DNA from: Ignavibacteria bacterium
Lineage (GTDB): Bacteria; Bacteroidota; Ignavibacteria; Kapaibacteriales; UBA4661
NCBI GenBank assembly: GCA_947459425.1
Contig: CANHDJ010000007.1
Location: 9,919 to 73,918 of the forward strand
Length of the DNA stretch: 64,000 nt
Reading direction: 5' to 3'
Within the stretch, counting starts at the first letter, position 1; every line of letters begins with the position of its first letter. This document shows positions 49,191 through 59,094 of this stretch, piece after piece. A program made the position numbers and the translations under genes. Below the pieces are notes generated by a model. The model was not told the origin of the DNA. It saw only the letters and a program-made list of their open reading frames with translations, and ran no database searches.

Positions 49191-50999
49191 TTATTGAGTA
49201 ACGATCAAGCGATGCACCCAGTGACTACGCCCGCTTTGCGCGTACACTGTATATGCGCCTTGTGCAAGACGGCTGATATCCAGCGTTGTAGCAAATGTGC
49301 CTTGCAGGGCGTACTGTTCCGCGTACCGAAACACAGTGCGCCCAAGCATATCGTCTATGCGTATCAGTACGGGAGCGCTTTCCGATAGAGCGAAGGCGAT
49401 GTGGAGGTTGTCGGAGGCGGGATTGGGGATGAGAGAAATATTGGACGTTTTGCTTCGCAGAGCAACATTTGTCGTTTGGACGAAGGTTGTGGTGGCGGTC
49501 GTGATGGGCGGTATGGGGCGAAAGAACCAATAAAAAGGGACAGATGAAGATCGGTAACTTGATAAAGCAGCATCTTCAAAGGTCAAAACAACAGTATCCA
49601 TTGCGCTGACGCTGGCAGGACCAAGCGGAGTGAAGTTATTGAAGGTGTATAGCCCATTGACCGCAACAGCACTGGTGCCTATGGCGGTAAAGCGTTGTTT
49701 ATTTGCACGAACATACGGATCAGCGCTTGCAGAAAATTGAAAACTGGATGTCGTACTGCGTGGCAAACCTTCTTCGGGCGGGGCAATGCGGATAGTCGCT
49801 ACACCGCCATTATAGGCATTGGGTCCGTTATCAGCACGGTTGCCGAATTGGTCAACGGCTTGGAGGTAGAACCACGTGCGCGGGTCGTCTGCATTGGACT
49901 TGCCGATAGTAAAGCGAGAAGGTATTCGGTTGGGAGTATATCCTAAATATCTATCGGGCATATTCCCGTAAATGTCAGGAATGATGGCTGGTGCAATCGC
50001 AACAGCCCGATTGGGAGCAAGAGTAACCGTTGCTGATGTATTCGCAGGATCACATAATCCCTCATTCGCATTCGGTGGCGGTATTGCCAGCCAACCATAA
50101 CAGCCCAGAGACTCTGTAATAGAAGCGACTAAAGTTACATTTGATGAAGTCTCGCCGAATACTTGAAAATCATTAAAGATAGCAATTCCTTCAGCGTTTG
50201 TCAGAACACGTGAACCGAGTATGGGTGTTCGTAGTTGGTCAACAGGGGGCGTACCACCTACCAAGCTAATTGTAACAGTCGTCGAGAATGAAATCGGATT
50301 ATCCCAGTGGTCGAGAATCTGTACTGCAATATGGTTATAGTCTGCCAAATCAGGATTGCTAAATTGTACAGGCTGACCGACTATAATATTTTGTGTTGCT
50401 CCTTGCTCACCATATACCGTGCCTGGTACTGCCTGCCTCCCGCTCTTGAGTTTTACGAACAATTCCCGCGATCCATAGCCTCCTATTAAAGATACCGAAA
50501 GTGATGTGGACTGTATGTTTGCTGATGTACAATGTAATGGTATATTATTGTTTGCCTTGCCAGCAATGCGGATGCCCTTGAATTCCAAAAGACCCAATTT
50601 CGCTTGTACTTTGACGAAGCCCGATGTTTGCTTATATCGACCATATATTGCTCCGTCAAACCAACTACGCAAAACAGAGTCTGTTTGTACAAGAGCGGGT
50701 TGCTTTATTTGGTCGAATGTTAATGAATCCGATAAGCGCAAAAACGCTTCGGTACTATCATCCTTCAAAATCCTCCCCTCTTTATCCATAATCGCAAATA
50801 CCAAACTCGCCGTCGTTGGCACACCAGCTCGGAACGGCTCCACCGTAGGCAGCAGCGTCCCCGTCGTTACCGAGCGCTGTCCCAGAAAGCGCAAAAAGCG
50901 TTGTTGTGTGGGTGGCTCTTGAGCCGCAAGAGCGCAAAAACACAGGCAGAGTGTGAGACAAAGGCACAGGCACAGCACAGAGCGTGTGGAAATCGTCAT
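49191..50999 (-). CDS. T9SS type A sorting domain protein with Ig-like repeats
   Basis: Cys-rich signal peptide; FAIMDKEGR / VQILDHWDN / LQAVDQFGN repeats; C-terminus LIPNPASD..LAQGAY..RLIVTQ. Confidence 0.8.
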   Translation of the reverse strand: MTISTRSVLCLCLCLTLCLCFCALAAQEPPTQQRFLRFLGQRSVTTGTLLPTVEPFRAGVPTTASLVFAIMDKEGRILKDDSTEAFLRLSDSLTFDQIKQPALVQTDSVLRSWFDGAIYGRYKQTSGFVKVQAKLGLLEFKGIRIAGKANNNIPLHCTSANIQSTSLSVSLIGGYGSRELFVKLKSGRQAVPGTVYGEQGATQNIIVGQPVQFSNPDLADYNHIAVQILDHWDNPISFSTTVTISLVGGTPPVDQLRTPILGSRVLTNAEGIAIFNDFQVFGETSSNVTLVASITESLGCYGWLAIPPPNANEGLCDPANTSATVTLAPNRAVAIAPAIIPDIYGNMPDRYLGYTPNRIPSRFTIGKSNADDPRTWFYLQAVDQFGNRADNGPNAYNGGVATIRIAPPEEGLPRSTTSSFQFSASADPYVRANKQRFTAIGTSAVAVNGLYTFNNFTPLGPASVSAMDTVVLTFEDAALSSYRSSSVPFYWFFRPIPPITTATTTFVQTTNVALRSKTSNISLIPNPASDNLHIAFALSESAPVLIRIDDMLGRTVFRYAEQYALQGTFATTLDISRLAQGAYTVYAQSGRSHWVHRLIVTQ

Positions 51000-51148
51000 A
51001 ACACGTTGGGGTAAAAATTGGAAGAGGAAACTTTTTTGCAATCTACAAAAGGCACGGGGAAGATGAGCAGAGAAAATATAGAACAAGTGTGATGTTTTTT
51101 GTACATTCGTCTCGAAAATACCATCGGCGCATTCATTTTCTGCCCACT

Positions 51149-52174
51149 ATGAATACTCTCGAAACACGCCATAATGCTCTTTTGAGCGACATTCGCACAC
51201 TCGTCAGCACGGCTCAAGAGCGCATTGCCACAAGTGTTAATACGGAACTCACCATGCTCTATTGGCATATCGGGCGGCGCATCCGCACCGATATTTTGCA
51301 GGAAGAACGTGCCAAATATGGCGATGAAATTGTACAAAAACTGTCGGCACAATTAACGGCAGAGTTTGGCAAAGGGTTTACCTCAAAATCGTTGCGCAAC
51401 ATGATTCATTTTGCCGAGATTTTCTCAGATGAGCAGATTGTCTCCACACTGTGGAGACAATTCACATGGTCGCATTTTCGTGAGTTTATCTACATCAAAG
51501 AACCGCTCAAACGCGAGTTTTACATCGAAATTTGCCGTTTGGAGCGCTGGAGCGTTCGCACCTTGCGGGAGCGTATCAATTCCCTGCTTTTTGAACGGAC
51601 GGCGATTTCTCGCAAGCCCGAAGGAACTATCGTCGGCGATATTGCCGCCGCACGCGAGCAAGATGTATTGTCGCCAGCGATGGTGTTCCGCGACCCTTAC
51701 GTTTTAGATTTTCTAGGGTTGCAGGATTCGTACCATGAAAAAGACCTGGAAGGTGCTATTTTGCGAGACCTTGAGGCATTTTTGATGGAATTGGGCAGTG
51801 ATTTTGCCTTTGTGGCACGGCAAAAGCGCATCACTATCGACAATGAGGATTATTATCTTGACCTTCTCTTTTACAACCGCCGTTTGAAGCGCCTTGTGGC
51901 GATTGAACTCAAAATGGGAAAATTTCATGCCGCCGACAAAGGGCAGATGGAACTCTATATGCGCTGGCTGGACAAATATGAACGGCACGAAGGCGAGAAC
52001 CCACCTTTGGGCTTGATTCTTTGCGCCGAAAAAAATGATGAACACGTTGAACTGCTCGAACTCGGCGCAAGCGGCATTCACGTAGCCCAATATTTGACCC
52101 ACCTCCCGGAAAAACAACTTTTAGAGCGCAAATTGCGCAGCGCGATAGAGCAGGCAAAACGGCGATTACAGTAA
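51149..52174 (+). CDS. YhcG/DUF1016-family PD-(D/E)xK nuclease-like protein
   Basis: YWHIGRRI, WSVRTL, RDPYVLDFL, ELGSDFAFVARQ, DLLFY..IELK, GQMELY, PLGLILC. Confidence 0.93.
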   Translation: MNTLETRHNALLSDIRTLVSTAQERIATSVNTELTMLYWHIGRRIRTDILQEERAKYGDEIVQKLSAQLTAEFGKGFTSKSLRNMIHFAEIFSDEQIVSTLWRQFTWSHFREFIYIKEPLKREFYIEICRLERWSVRTLRERINSLLFERTAISRKPEGTIVGDIAAAREQDVLSPAMVFRDPYVLDFLGLQDSYHEKDLEGAILRDLEAFLMELGSDFAFVARQKRITIDNEDYYLDLLFYNRRLKRLVAIELKMGKFHAADKGQMELYMRWLDKYERHEGENPPLGLILCAEKNDEHVELLELGASGIHVAQYLTHLPEKQLLERKLRSAIEQAKRRLQ

Positions 52175-52301
52175 AATACCCTCAGCCATTGCCGCACAAG
52201 TAGCAGTGCAAAGATTACTTCTGCCCCAGAGACAACCACAAAAATACACACCAAATTTTCGCCCAGAAATACTCCTATTCTGTGCTAGAACACAAAATTT
52301 A

Positions 52302-52330
52302 TTGATTTTCTCAAAATCTCCTGTTATATT
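52302..52330 (+). promoter_or_regulatory. sigma70-like promoter for secDF
   Basis: TTGATT, 17-nt spacer with extended TG, TATATT. Confidence 0.6.
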
Positions 52331-52507
52331 GCGAGTCTGCATAAATTGTTGCTAAAAAGGCAATAACAACGCTTTTACCCTGTTTTTTCGTCTGCAATGG
52401 CGCATCAAATCTTGCTTCATAGCGCAGCGCGAAAGCAGTTCCTTACGGCAATTCTACCAAAACTGTTTGCACAATTTCAACACACATTTGTTTAAGGAGT
52501 AACTACC

Positions 52508-54544
52508 TTGAAAAAAGGACTACTTGGGAAATGGCTTATTATCGCACTCCCGCTTTTGGCGGCGGGTCTTTTGCTATTTCCAACTTTCCGCGCATCGCAG
52601 CTTGAAAAGCAACGCTTAGAGCTGGTCAATGCAAAGAATGAGGCTGCTCTTGCTGCGTTCGATAAAGAACACGGCGAGTCGCTGCGCAAAAACAAAGAAC
52701 AGAGCTTGAAGCTCGGTCTCGACTTGCGTGGCGGTATTTATGTAACGCTCGAAGCAGACGTTATCCGTCTTCTCGAAGAATCCGCCATGCGCGATGCCGT
52801 TGACGAAGTGTTCTTGGAAACACTGGAAAAAACCCGTCAACAAGTCGATGCTGGTGGCGATGATGATGTTTTGCCCGTCTTCCTCAAAAATTTTGATGCT
52901 ATTGCTCGTCCCAAAGGACGCAAACTTTTCTCGTATTTTGATACGGGCGATAACCGCGACCTTAGCGAAGATGCAATCGTCAAACGACTTGAACGCAATA
53001 TCAATGAAGCCATTGACCAAGCTATTGAGGTTGTCCGCCAGCGTATTGACAAATACGGTGTTGCCGAGACAACTATCCAAAAGCAAGGTACACGCCGCAT
53101 TGTTATCGAACTTCCCGGTGTAAGCAATGAAGCAGAAGTCCGCTCTTTGCTTCAAACAACGGCACGCTTGGAGTTTAAGTTGGTTCGCAATAATGCTCAA
53201 ATCGTACGCTCGTTCTACGCGATTGACCAACTCTTGAAAAACAAGGGTGTTCAATCAAGTGCTTCGACTTCAGCAACGGCAACGGCTTCCACCGCTACGA
53301 CAACGGCGGCTTCAACGGCAACCGCAAGCGCTGGCGCGGATTCCACGAAGAAAGACCCTTACGCTGGTCTGACAGACGACCAAAAACGCGAAAAATTCAA
53401 AAAGGATTATCCTTTTACCTCGTTGTTTGTCACGTATTTCAATCCGCCGGGCGAAGGGCAACAGCCTGTTCCGGTAATTTACGAGAAGAACGAATTTCCC
53501 GAAGGCGATTACAGCTTCCAAATTCCTGACGAGACGTTGGCGAAATTTGAAGAAATCATGGCTCGTCCTGATGTTCGCCGTATTATGGGCAATGAGTACC
53601 AAGCAATTGTCTCGGCAAAGCCTGAGCCATTCTTTGAGCGTCAAGGTGTGAAACTGTTCTACATCTATGGTGTTTTGGCAAAGCCAGAACTTACGGGTGA
53701 TGTAATTTCCGACGCGCAAGCAACCTTCGATCCGACGAATAATTCGCCGATGGTAATGATGGACATGAATGCCGATGGCGCTTCCAACTGGGCGCGTATC
53801 ACAGGTGCAAACATCAAGAAGCGCATTGCCATTGTTCTGGATGACCGCGTTTATTCGGCTCCAACAGTACAAAATAAAATCACGGGCGGACGCTCACAAA
53901 TCACAGGCAGTTCGACGATTGACGAAGCACGGTTGCTCGAAATCGTTCTGAAAGCTGGCGCACTCAAAGCACCGGTAAAAATCGTGGAAGAGCGCGTCAT
54001 TGGTCCGTCGCTTGGTGAGGATTCGATTCGCAAAGGTATCATCTCTGGTGCCGTCGCGGCGCTTTTGGTTGTTCTCTTTATGATTTTGTACTATGCAACA
54101 GCAGGTATGCTGGCGGATATTGCCGTGATGGTCAACATCTTGCTCGTCGTGGCAGTCTTGGCGGCATTCGCCGGTACGCTCACGCTTCCAGGCATTGCGG
54201 GTTTGATTTTGACGCTTGGTATGGCGGTGGACACAAATATTCTCGTTTTTGAGCGTATTCGTGAGGAATTGCATCGCGGTCGTTCACTTCGTGCGGCTGT
54301 GGATGAAGGCTTTAAGCGGGCATTTAACGCAATTTTGGACTCGAATATTACCACGATGATCACCGGAGCAATCTTGTATTATCTCGGAACAGGTCCGATT
54401 CGCGGCTTTGCTGTAACGCTTATGATTGGTATTGTTATCACACTCTTCACCGGCATTACGCTGTCGAAAGTGTTCTTTGAACTCATTCTTTCGCGCGGTG
54501 CGACGACCTTCAATCTTGGTCAGCCTGCGTCGGACAAAGCGTAA
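52508..54544 (+). CDS. secD: protein translocase subunit SecD
   Basis: TAAGGAG RBS with TTG start; LGLDLRGG, RIDKYGVAE, AIVLD, GPSLG, TLPGIAG, GMAVD.NILVFERI. Confidence 0.98.
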   Translation: MKKGLLGKWLIIALPLLAAGLLLFPTFRASQLEKQRLELVNAKNEAALAAFDKEHGESLRKNKEQSLKLGLDLRGGIYVTLEADVIRLLEESAMRDAVDEVFLETLEKTRQQVDAGGDDDVLPVFLKNFDAIARPKGRKLFSYFDTGDNRDLSEDAIVKRLERNINEAIDQAIEVVRQRIDKYGVAETTIQKQGTRRIVIELPGVSNEAEVRSLLQTTARLEFKLVRNNAQIVRSFYAIDQLLKNKGVQSSASTSATATASTATTTAASTATASAGADSTKKDPYAGLTDDQKREKFKKDYPFTSLFVTYFNPPGEGQQPVPVIYEKNEFPEGDYSFQIPDETLAKFEEIMARPDVRRIMGNEYQAIVSAKPEPFFERQGVKLFYIYGVLAKPELTGDVISDAQATFDPTNNSPMVMMDMNADGASNWARITGANIKKRIAIVLDDRVYSAPTVQNKITGGRSQITGSSTIDEARLLEIVLKAGALKAPVKIVEERVIGPSLGEDSIRKGIISGAVAALLVVLFMILYYATAGMLADIAVMVNILLVVAVLAAFAGTLTLPGIAGLILTLGMAVDTNILVFERIREELHRGRSLRAAVDEGFKRAFNAILDSNITTMITGAILYYLGTGPIRGFAVTLMIGIVITLFTGITLSKVFFELILSRGATTFNLGQPASDKA

Positions 54545-54580
54545 TTACCAATAATATTTAACCTGAGGAGAATATCCATC

Positions 54581-55543
54581 ATGCAATTCTTTCACGATAC
54601 AAAAATTGACTTTTTGAGTAAGCGCCGACTATTTTTCTTCGCGTCGGTGATTCTGAATGTTGTCGGGATTTTAGTCGTTCTCATCAAAGGTCTGGACTAC
54701 GGCATTGACTTTGTTGGCGGCACAGAAGTCGGTATCAAATTTAGCGGTTCGACGGCTGTTCAAACTGAACAAGTCCGCAAAGCAATGGACGATGCAAAAT
54801 TTGTCGGCTCGGAGATTAAATCCTATGGCAAAACTGATGAATTTTTGATTCGCCTTCCGAATATCGCGGGCAAAGATTATTCGTCGGCAGCGATTATGGA
54901 GAATCTCAAGAAAACATTCCCCAATCAAACACTCACCTTGTTGAAAGTGGACAAAATTGGTCCTAAAGTGGGTGCTGAATTGCGCAGCAAGGCGTTTATC
55001 GCCCTTGGATTGTCGTTCTTGATGATTATGCTCTACATTGCCTTCCGCTTTGAGTTTCTCTATGGCTTGGGCGCGATTGTGGCTCTTATCCATGACGCAA
55101 TTCTGGCGTTTGTGGTGTCGGTCATGGTACACGACCTCGGCATCATCAATCTGGAAGTGAATCAAAGTATGCTCGCGGCAATGCTTACAGTTATTGGTTT
55201 TTCGGTACACGATACAGTAATTATTTTCGACCGTATTCGTGAAAACCGCGAAAAGCACAAAAATATGCCATTTATTGAAATGGTAAATCTCAGTATCAAT
55301 GAGACGTTGAGCCGCACAATCAATACCGTAATGACCGCAGTAATCGTGCTTTTCGTTATCACGATTTTTGGCGGCGCGGTGCTTCAAGGCTTTGCGTTTG
55401 TCATGCTCATTGGCTTTATTACTGGTGCGTATTCGTCCATCTACATTGCGAGCGCATTTGTGGCATGGTATCTTGAAACCTTCAAGAAATACGACCTCCA
55501 CGTAGAAAGCTATGCAACGATTACGGCAAAAGCAAAAGCGTAA
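54581..55543 (+). CDS. secF: protein translocase subunit SecF
   Basis: GAGGAG RBS; GIDFVGG, IGPKVGAEL, HDA, DTVIIFDRIREN, TLSRTINT. Confidence 0.98.
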   Translation: MQFFHDTKIDFLSKRRLFFFASVILNVVGILVVLIKGLDYGIDFVGGTEVGIKFSGSTAVQTEQVRKAMDDAKFVGSEIKSYGKTDEFLIRLPNIAGKDYSSAAIMENLKKTFPNQTLTLLKVDKIGPKVGAELRSKAFIALGLSFLMIMLYIAFRFEFLYGLGAIVALIHDAILAFVVSVMVHDLGIINLEVNQSMLAAMLTVIGFSVHDTVIIFDRIRENREKHKNMPFIEMVNLSINETLSRTINTVMTAVIVLFVITIFGGAVLQGFAFVMLIGFITGAYSSIYIASAFVAWYLETFKKYDLHVESYATITAKAKA

Positions 55544-55589
55544 TTGACGACGCTCTTGCCAGACGCTTGCGTAAAAAAACTTGGAAAAC

Positions 55590-55627
55590 ACAGCAAAGGG
55601 ACTTAATTTGAGTCCCTTTGTTGTTTC
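55590..55627 (+). terminator. hairpin downstream of secF
   Basis: ACAGCAAAGGGACTTA-ATT-TGAGTCCCTTTGTTGT, 16-bp stem with G-T pairs. Confidence 0.55.
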
Positions 55628-55661
55628 CAGTCTATTTTCTTCATACAAATTCTTCTCAATT

Positions 55662-56021
55662 ATGGCTGAAGCATTGGAATTTATCGCTCACCCCGCAAAC
55701 AGCGTCGTTGCGACGGTCGTGCTGCGCGGACATATCACAGGCGGACCGCAGGCGGTGGAGTTTTCGACAAACCTGAATAAACTCGTCGCAGGGAAAGTAA
55801 AACACGTTATCGCCGATTTGTCTGCCATTACGCTTATCAACAGCTCCGGCTTAGGAATGCTTGTCGGCGGATTGACAACGATGCGCAAAGCGGGCGGAAG
55901 TATGCGCTTTGCCGCTATTCCTGAGAATGTGATGAATCTTCTGGAAATCACGCGTTTGAACACCGTTTTTGATATTTCTGACACTACCGAAGCGGCATTA
56001 AAAAAAATATTATCCGCCTGA
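55662..56021 (+). CDS. STAS-domain anti-sigma factor antagonist
   Basis: DLSAITLINSSGLGMLV motif, LLEITRL. Confidence 0.92.
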   Translation: MAEALEFIAHPANSVVATVVLRGHITGGPQAVEFSTNLNKLVAGKVKHVIADLSAITLINSSGLGMLVGGLTTMRKAGGSMRFAAIPENVMNLLEITRLNTVFDISDTTEAALKKILSA

Positions 56022-56081
56022 GCATAATGCGGCCCACGATAGGACGTTTCCTATCTTCCCCGAACTTGAAACTCAACAACA

Positions 56082-56615
56082 ATGATTTTATCCGACGCAG
56101 AAATTCTCCGTAATATCGAAAGCGGAGCTATTGTCATTACGCCCTTCCGACGCGAGGCACTTGGCTCGAATAGCTACGATGTGCGGCTCGGCAAAACGCT
56201 TGCCCGCTACCGCGACGAGGTGCTGGATGCAAAGCAGCATAATCTGATTCAAACCTTTGATATTCCAGATGAGGGCTTTGTTCTTCAGCCGCATGAATTT
56301 TATCTTGGCGTGACCGAAGAATACACCGAAACGCACAAGCACGTTCCGTTTTTGGAAGGTAAATCAAGCGTTGGGCGCTTGGGGATTGATATTCACGCAA
56401 CAGCAGGAAAAGGCGATGTGGGCTTTTGCAATACCTGGACACTCGAAATTTCGGTAAAACAGCCCGTGCGTGTTTATGCCGGAATGCCGATTGGTCAGCT
56501 CATTTATTTTAAGGTTGCCGGAGAGATTCTAACGCCATACAATACGAAGAAAAACGCCAAGTATAACGGTCAAACAAGACTGCCTGTTGAATCCATGATG
56601 TGGAAAAACTTTTGA
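56082..56615 (+). CDS. dcd: dCTP deaminase
   Basis: MILSD, NSYDVRLG, EGKSSVGRLGI, TLEI, GMPIGQL. Confidence 0.96.
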   Translation: MILSDAEILRNIESGAIVITPFRREALGSNSYDVRLGKTLARYRDEVLDAKQHNLIQTFDIPDEGFVLQPHEFYLGVTEEYTETHKHVPFLEGKSSVGRLGIDIHATAGKGDVGFCNTWTLEISVKQPVRVYAGMPIGQLIYFKVAGEILTPYNTKKNAKYNGQTRLPVESMMWKNF

Positions 56616-56625
56616 TATTCCTCTT

Positions 56626-57318
56626 ATGCGCCTCTACTCTCATGCCCAGCAATATCCCGTTTCTCTTCCCGTGTCGGTACGAGTAATGGTGCTGTGTTTG
56701 GCGGCGGGACTCTTTGCGCTCTGCGGTCTTGTTTCCTGTGGACGTTCTCAAGAATCAACGAAGAACCCATATTTTCATCAAGATAGTATTTTGCTGGAGC
56801 GCAAGGCAAAAGATGTGTATTGGCGCGAAGGCGAAGCATCACCGCTCCGGGCAGAAGAGAAAGCGCTATTTCAGGGATTAAGCTATTTTGCCCCAAGCGC
56901 TGATTATTGCTTGCTGGCACGGTTTGAGGCTTTTCCAAACCAAGACACGGTACGCATTTTGACTAATGACAACGAAATCCGCCTGATGCTTCGTGCCGGG
57001 CGCATTCATTTTGCCATCGGCAAGGATTCATGCCGTTTGACGGCATATCGTTATACGGGATTGGAAGGTAAAATGCAGCGTGGATATTTTGTTCCATTCA
57101 AAGACGCAACCAACGGGACGGACACCTATCGCCCCGGTCGTTATGTGGATGTGGAAATCCCCTCTGCGGGCTTGCCATACGTTCTTGACTTTAATCGTGC
57201 TTTTAATCCGTATTGCAACTACAACGATGAATACAGTTGTCCGCTTGTTCCTGCGGAAAATATTCTCGCTGTGCGCATCGAAGCAGGAGAAAAAATCTTT
57301 TTTCATCCCCGCAAATAA
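56626..57318 (+). CDS. DUF1684-family lipoprotein
   Basis: LVSC lipobox, PFKDATNG..TY..GRY, LDFNRAFNPYCNYN..YSCP, I.AGEK; start may be later. Confidence 0.9.
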   Translation: MRLYSHAQQYPVSLPVSVRVMVLCLAAGLFALCGLVSCGRSQESTKNPYFHQDSILLERKAKDVYWREGEASPLRAEEKALFQGLSYFAPSADYCLLARFEAFPNQDTVRILTNDNEIRLMLRAGRIHFAIGKDSCRLTAYRYTGLEGKMQRGYFVPFKDATNGTDTYRPGRYVDVEIPSAGLPYVLDFNRAFNPYCNYNDEYSCPLVPAENILAVRIEAGEKIFFHPRK

Positions 57319-57334
57319 CCATTGTTGACCAGCC

Positions 57335-58036
57335 ATGCCGCACCATCAACGCTTTGTTCCTCTCATTCCGTCTGTCGCCCTGCAAGCCGCTTTGTGTCTT
57401 GTGCTGGGAGCGTTTTGCTTGATATTGCCGCTGTCGGGTTGTGTTGTCGTTGTGCAGAAGCCGACGCAACAGCAACCTCAAGCCAAAACAGCCGCAAAAG
57501 CAGAAGCAGAGCGCCCACTTCGGCAACTTCCGTCGAAGCCTCTTGTGGCAATGTCGGATGAGGTCGTGCGCTCCGAATTGGGTGATATGGTCTCGCTTCT
57601 GCCTATGGAATGGTCATTGGTGAATATTGAGACCAATCTGCCCGTCCAGATTTTTAGCGTTGCGGTGAATAATCAATATACCGCAAGCCTCGCCTATTCT
57701 GTTTTGCGCAAAGAAGAAAATTTTGACCAAGTGCTTCAAAAGGACGGTTTGGTGGGTATCGGGAAAATTAGTGCAACCAAGCGCGACACGAAAATGCGCA
57801 ATATCAAGCGCTTAGGAGAATTTGAAGAAGTCCAAGTCGGGACAAAGCGTTTTTGCCTCTACCGCTACACCACCGACAACGGCGCGACATTGAACCGCGT
57901 GGCGGTGTTCCGTTCATCATTTGGCAATTACTACGAATGCACTCTTTCCGACCTTACCTTTACGGGACGCAAACTCATCCCGCGCGATGAGATGGAAAAT
58001 ATCTATTCTTCCGTGCTGGCAACTATTGACTTTTAG
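57335..58036 (+). CDS. hypothetical lipoprotein
   Basis: Hydrophobic leader with LSGC lipobox; co-oriented and tightly spaced. Confidence 0.7.
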   Translation: MPHHQRFVPLIPSVALQAALCLVLGAFCLILPLSGCVVVVQKPTQQQPQAKTAAKAEAERPLRQLPSKPLVAMSDEVVRSELGDMVSLLPMEWSLVNIETNLPVQIFSVAVNNQYTASLAYSVLRKEENFDQVLQKDGLVGIGKISATKRDTKMRNIKRLGEFEEVQVGTKRFCLYRYTTDNGATLNRVAVFRSSFGNYYECTLSDLTFTGRKLIPRDEMENIYSSVLATIDF

Positions 58037-58048
58037 CAAAAAGATTTG

Positions 58049-58834
58049 CTAAAACGCACCGATAAATTCAATTCGTGCCATGCGATACGGAAGTGTTGCA
58101 TTCGGCAAATTGCTGAATAAATCCCGCACCTGCACCTCAACGGTAAACCCACGCCCCGTGCTGACACGAATGGCGGTATTCAATAGCCCGCCCCGTGAGC
58201 GAACACGCGGGTCGTCTAGTGTGGGATTGTACTCAATGCTGAGAGAGACAATATTCCCAATGGTCTTTTCAATGCCGATATACGCATTCGGAAAGCGCTC
58301 AGAAAGTACCGGGTCGAAAGAATAATTGATACCGCCATGAACAGCAAGCGATCCCCACAGCACAAAGTTTTTGCTGGCGGAGACAAAAATGCCGGGCGAA
58401 TGCGTCAGAAAGCGCCCACCGCTATATTCCCCGCGCCCTTGCGAACTAAAGCCAACGGTAACAGCAGGAATCGTTAATGTCTCATCCAATGGACGAAATC
58501 GTGCGTGAAATCCGGGTAAGTTCTGGAAAATAATACTGTTATTGCCGAGAAAGCCTGAACCGCCAAAACTTATCCCTAGTTGAAGATTCGTAAAAGGCGA
58601 AGCGGTAAATTCTGCCATCACGCCGCTATTGCCAAAAACGTAGCCGTCAAAAGCAAAGCGGGATTTTGCAAGAACTCCCGCCGTGGGCATATCCACGATA
58701 TATCGGGACTCGTTTGCTGCCTGTTCGCCCGCCGTAGCTTGGGCGCGGAGTTGTGGGGTGCCGAGAGTGATACCGACAATTGAGACTATGATTGCGATAC
58801 CTGATAGGAAGCGGCGTTGAGAATATTGACGCAT
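58049..58834 (-). CDS. outer-membrane beta-barrel protein (YjbH-like)
   Basis: Signal peptide, IVDMPTAGVL motif, amphipathic strands, terminal Phe. Confidence 0.65.
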   Translation of the reverse strand: MRQYSQRRFLSGIAIIVSIVGITLGTPQLRAQATAGEQAANESRYIVDMPTAGVLAKSRFAFDGYVFGNSGVMAEFTASPFTNLQLGISFGGSGFLGNNSIIFQNLPGFHARFRPLDETLTIPAVTVGFSSQGRGEYSGGRFLTHSPGIFVSASKNFVLWGSLAVHGGINYSFDPVLSERFPNAYIGIEKTIGNIVSLSIEYNPTLDDPRVRSRGGLLNTAIRVSTGRGFTVEVQVRDLFSNLPNATLPYRMARIEFIGAF

Positions 58835-59094
58835 AACACAAGTGGGGAAAATTATTTGGTGATACGATTGATTTTGTTGATGCAATTTCTTGAAGACTTC
58901 AAGTGTTGTCCGTCCAGTAAAATAGCAATTCCGCGATAAAATTTGGTCGTTTTTTTTGAGAAAATTCTCCGCCCGTGCGCCCGTATTACTGCTTCTTCGT
59001 GGTTGTATGGGCTTTGGGGAAAAATCCGAAGCGCTTCTAATCTCGTACTGTCACTATAATTTCCACCCCCGCTCATTTCTATTTTTTCACGACT

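Noticed and set aside
53263-53345. Ser/Thr/Ala-rich insert in SecD
   Set aside because: Low-complexity periplasmic inserts are common in FCB-group SecD proteins.
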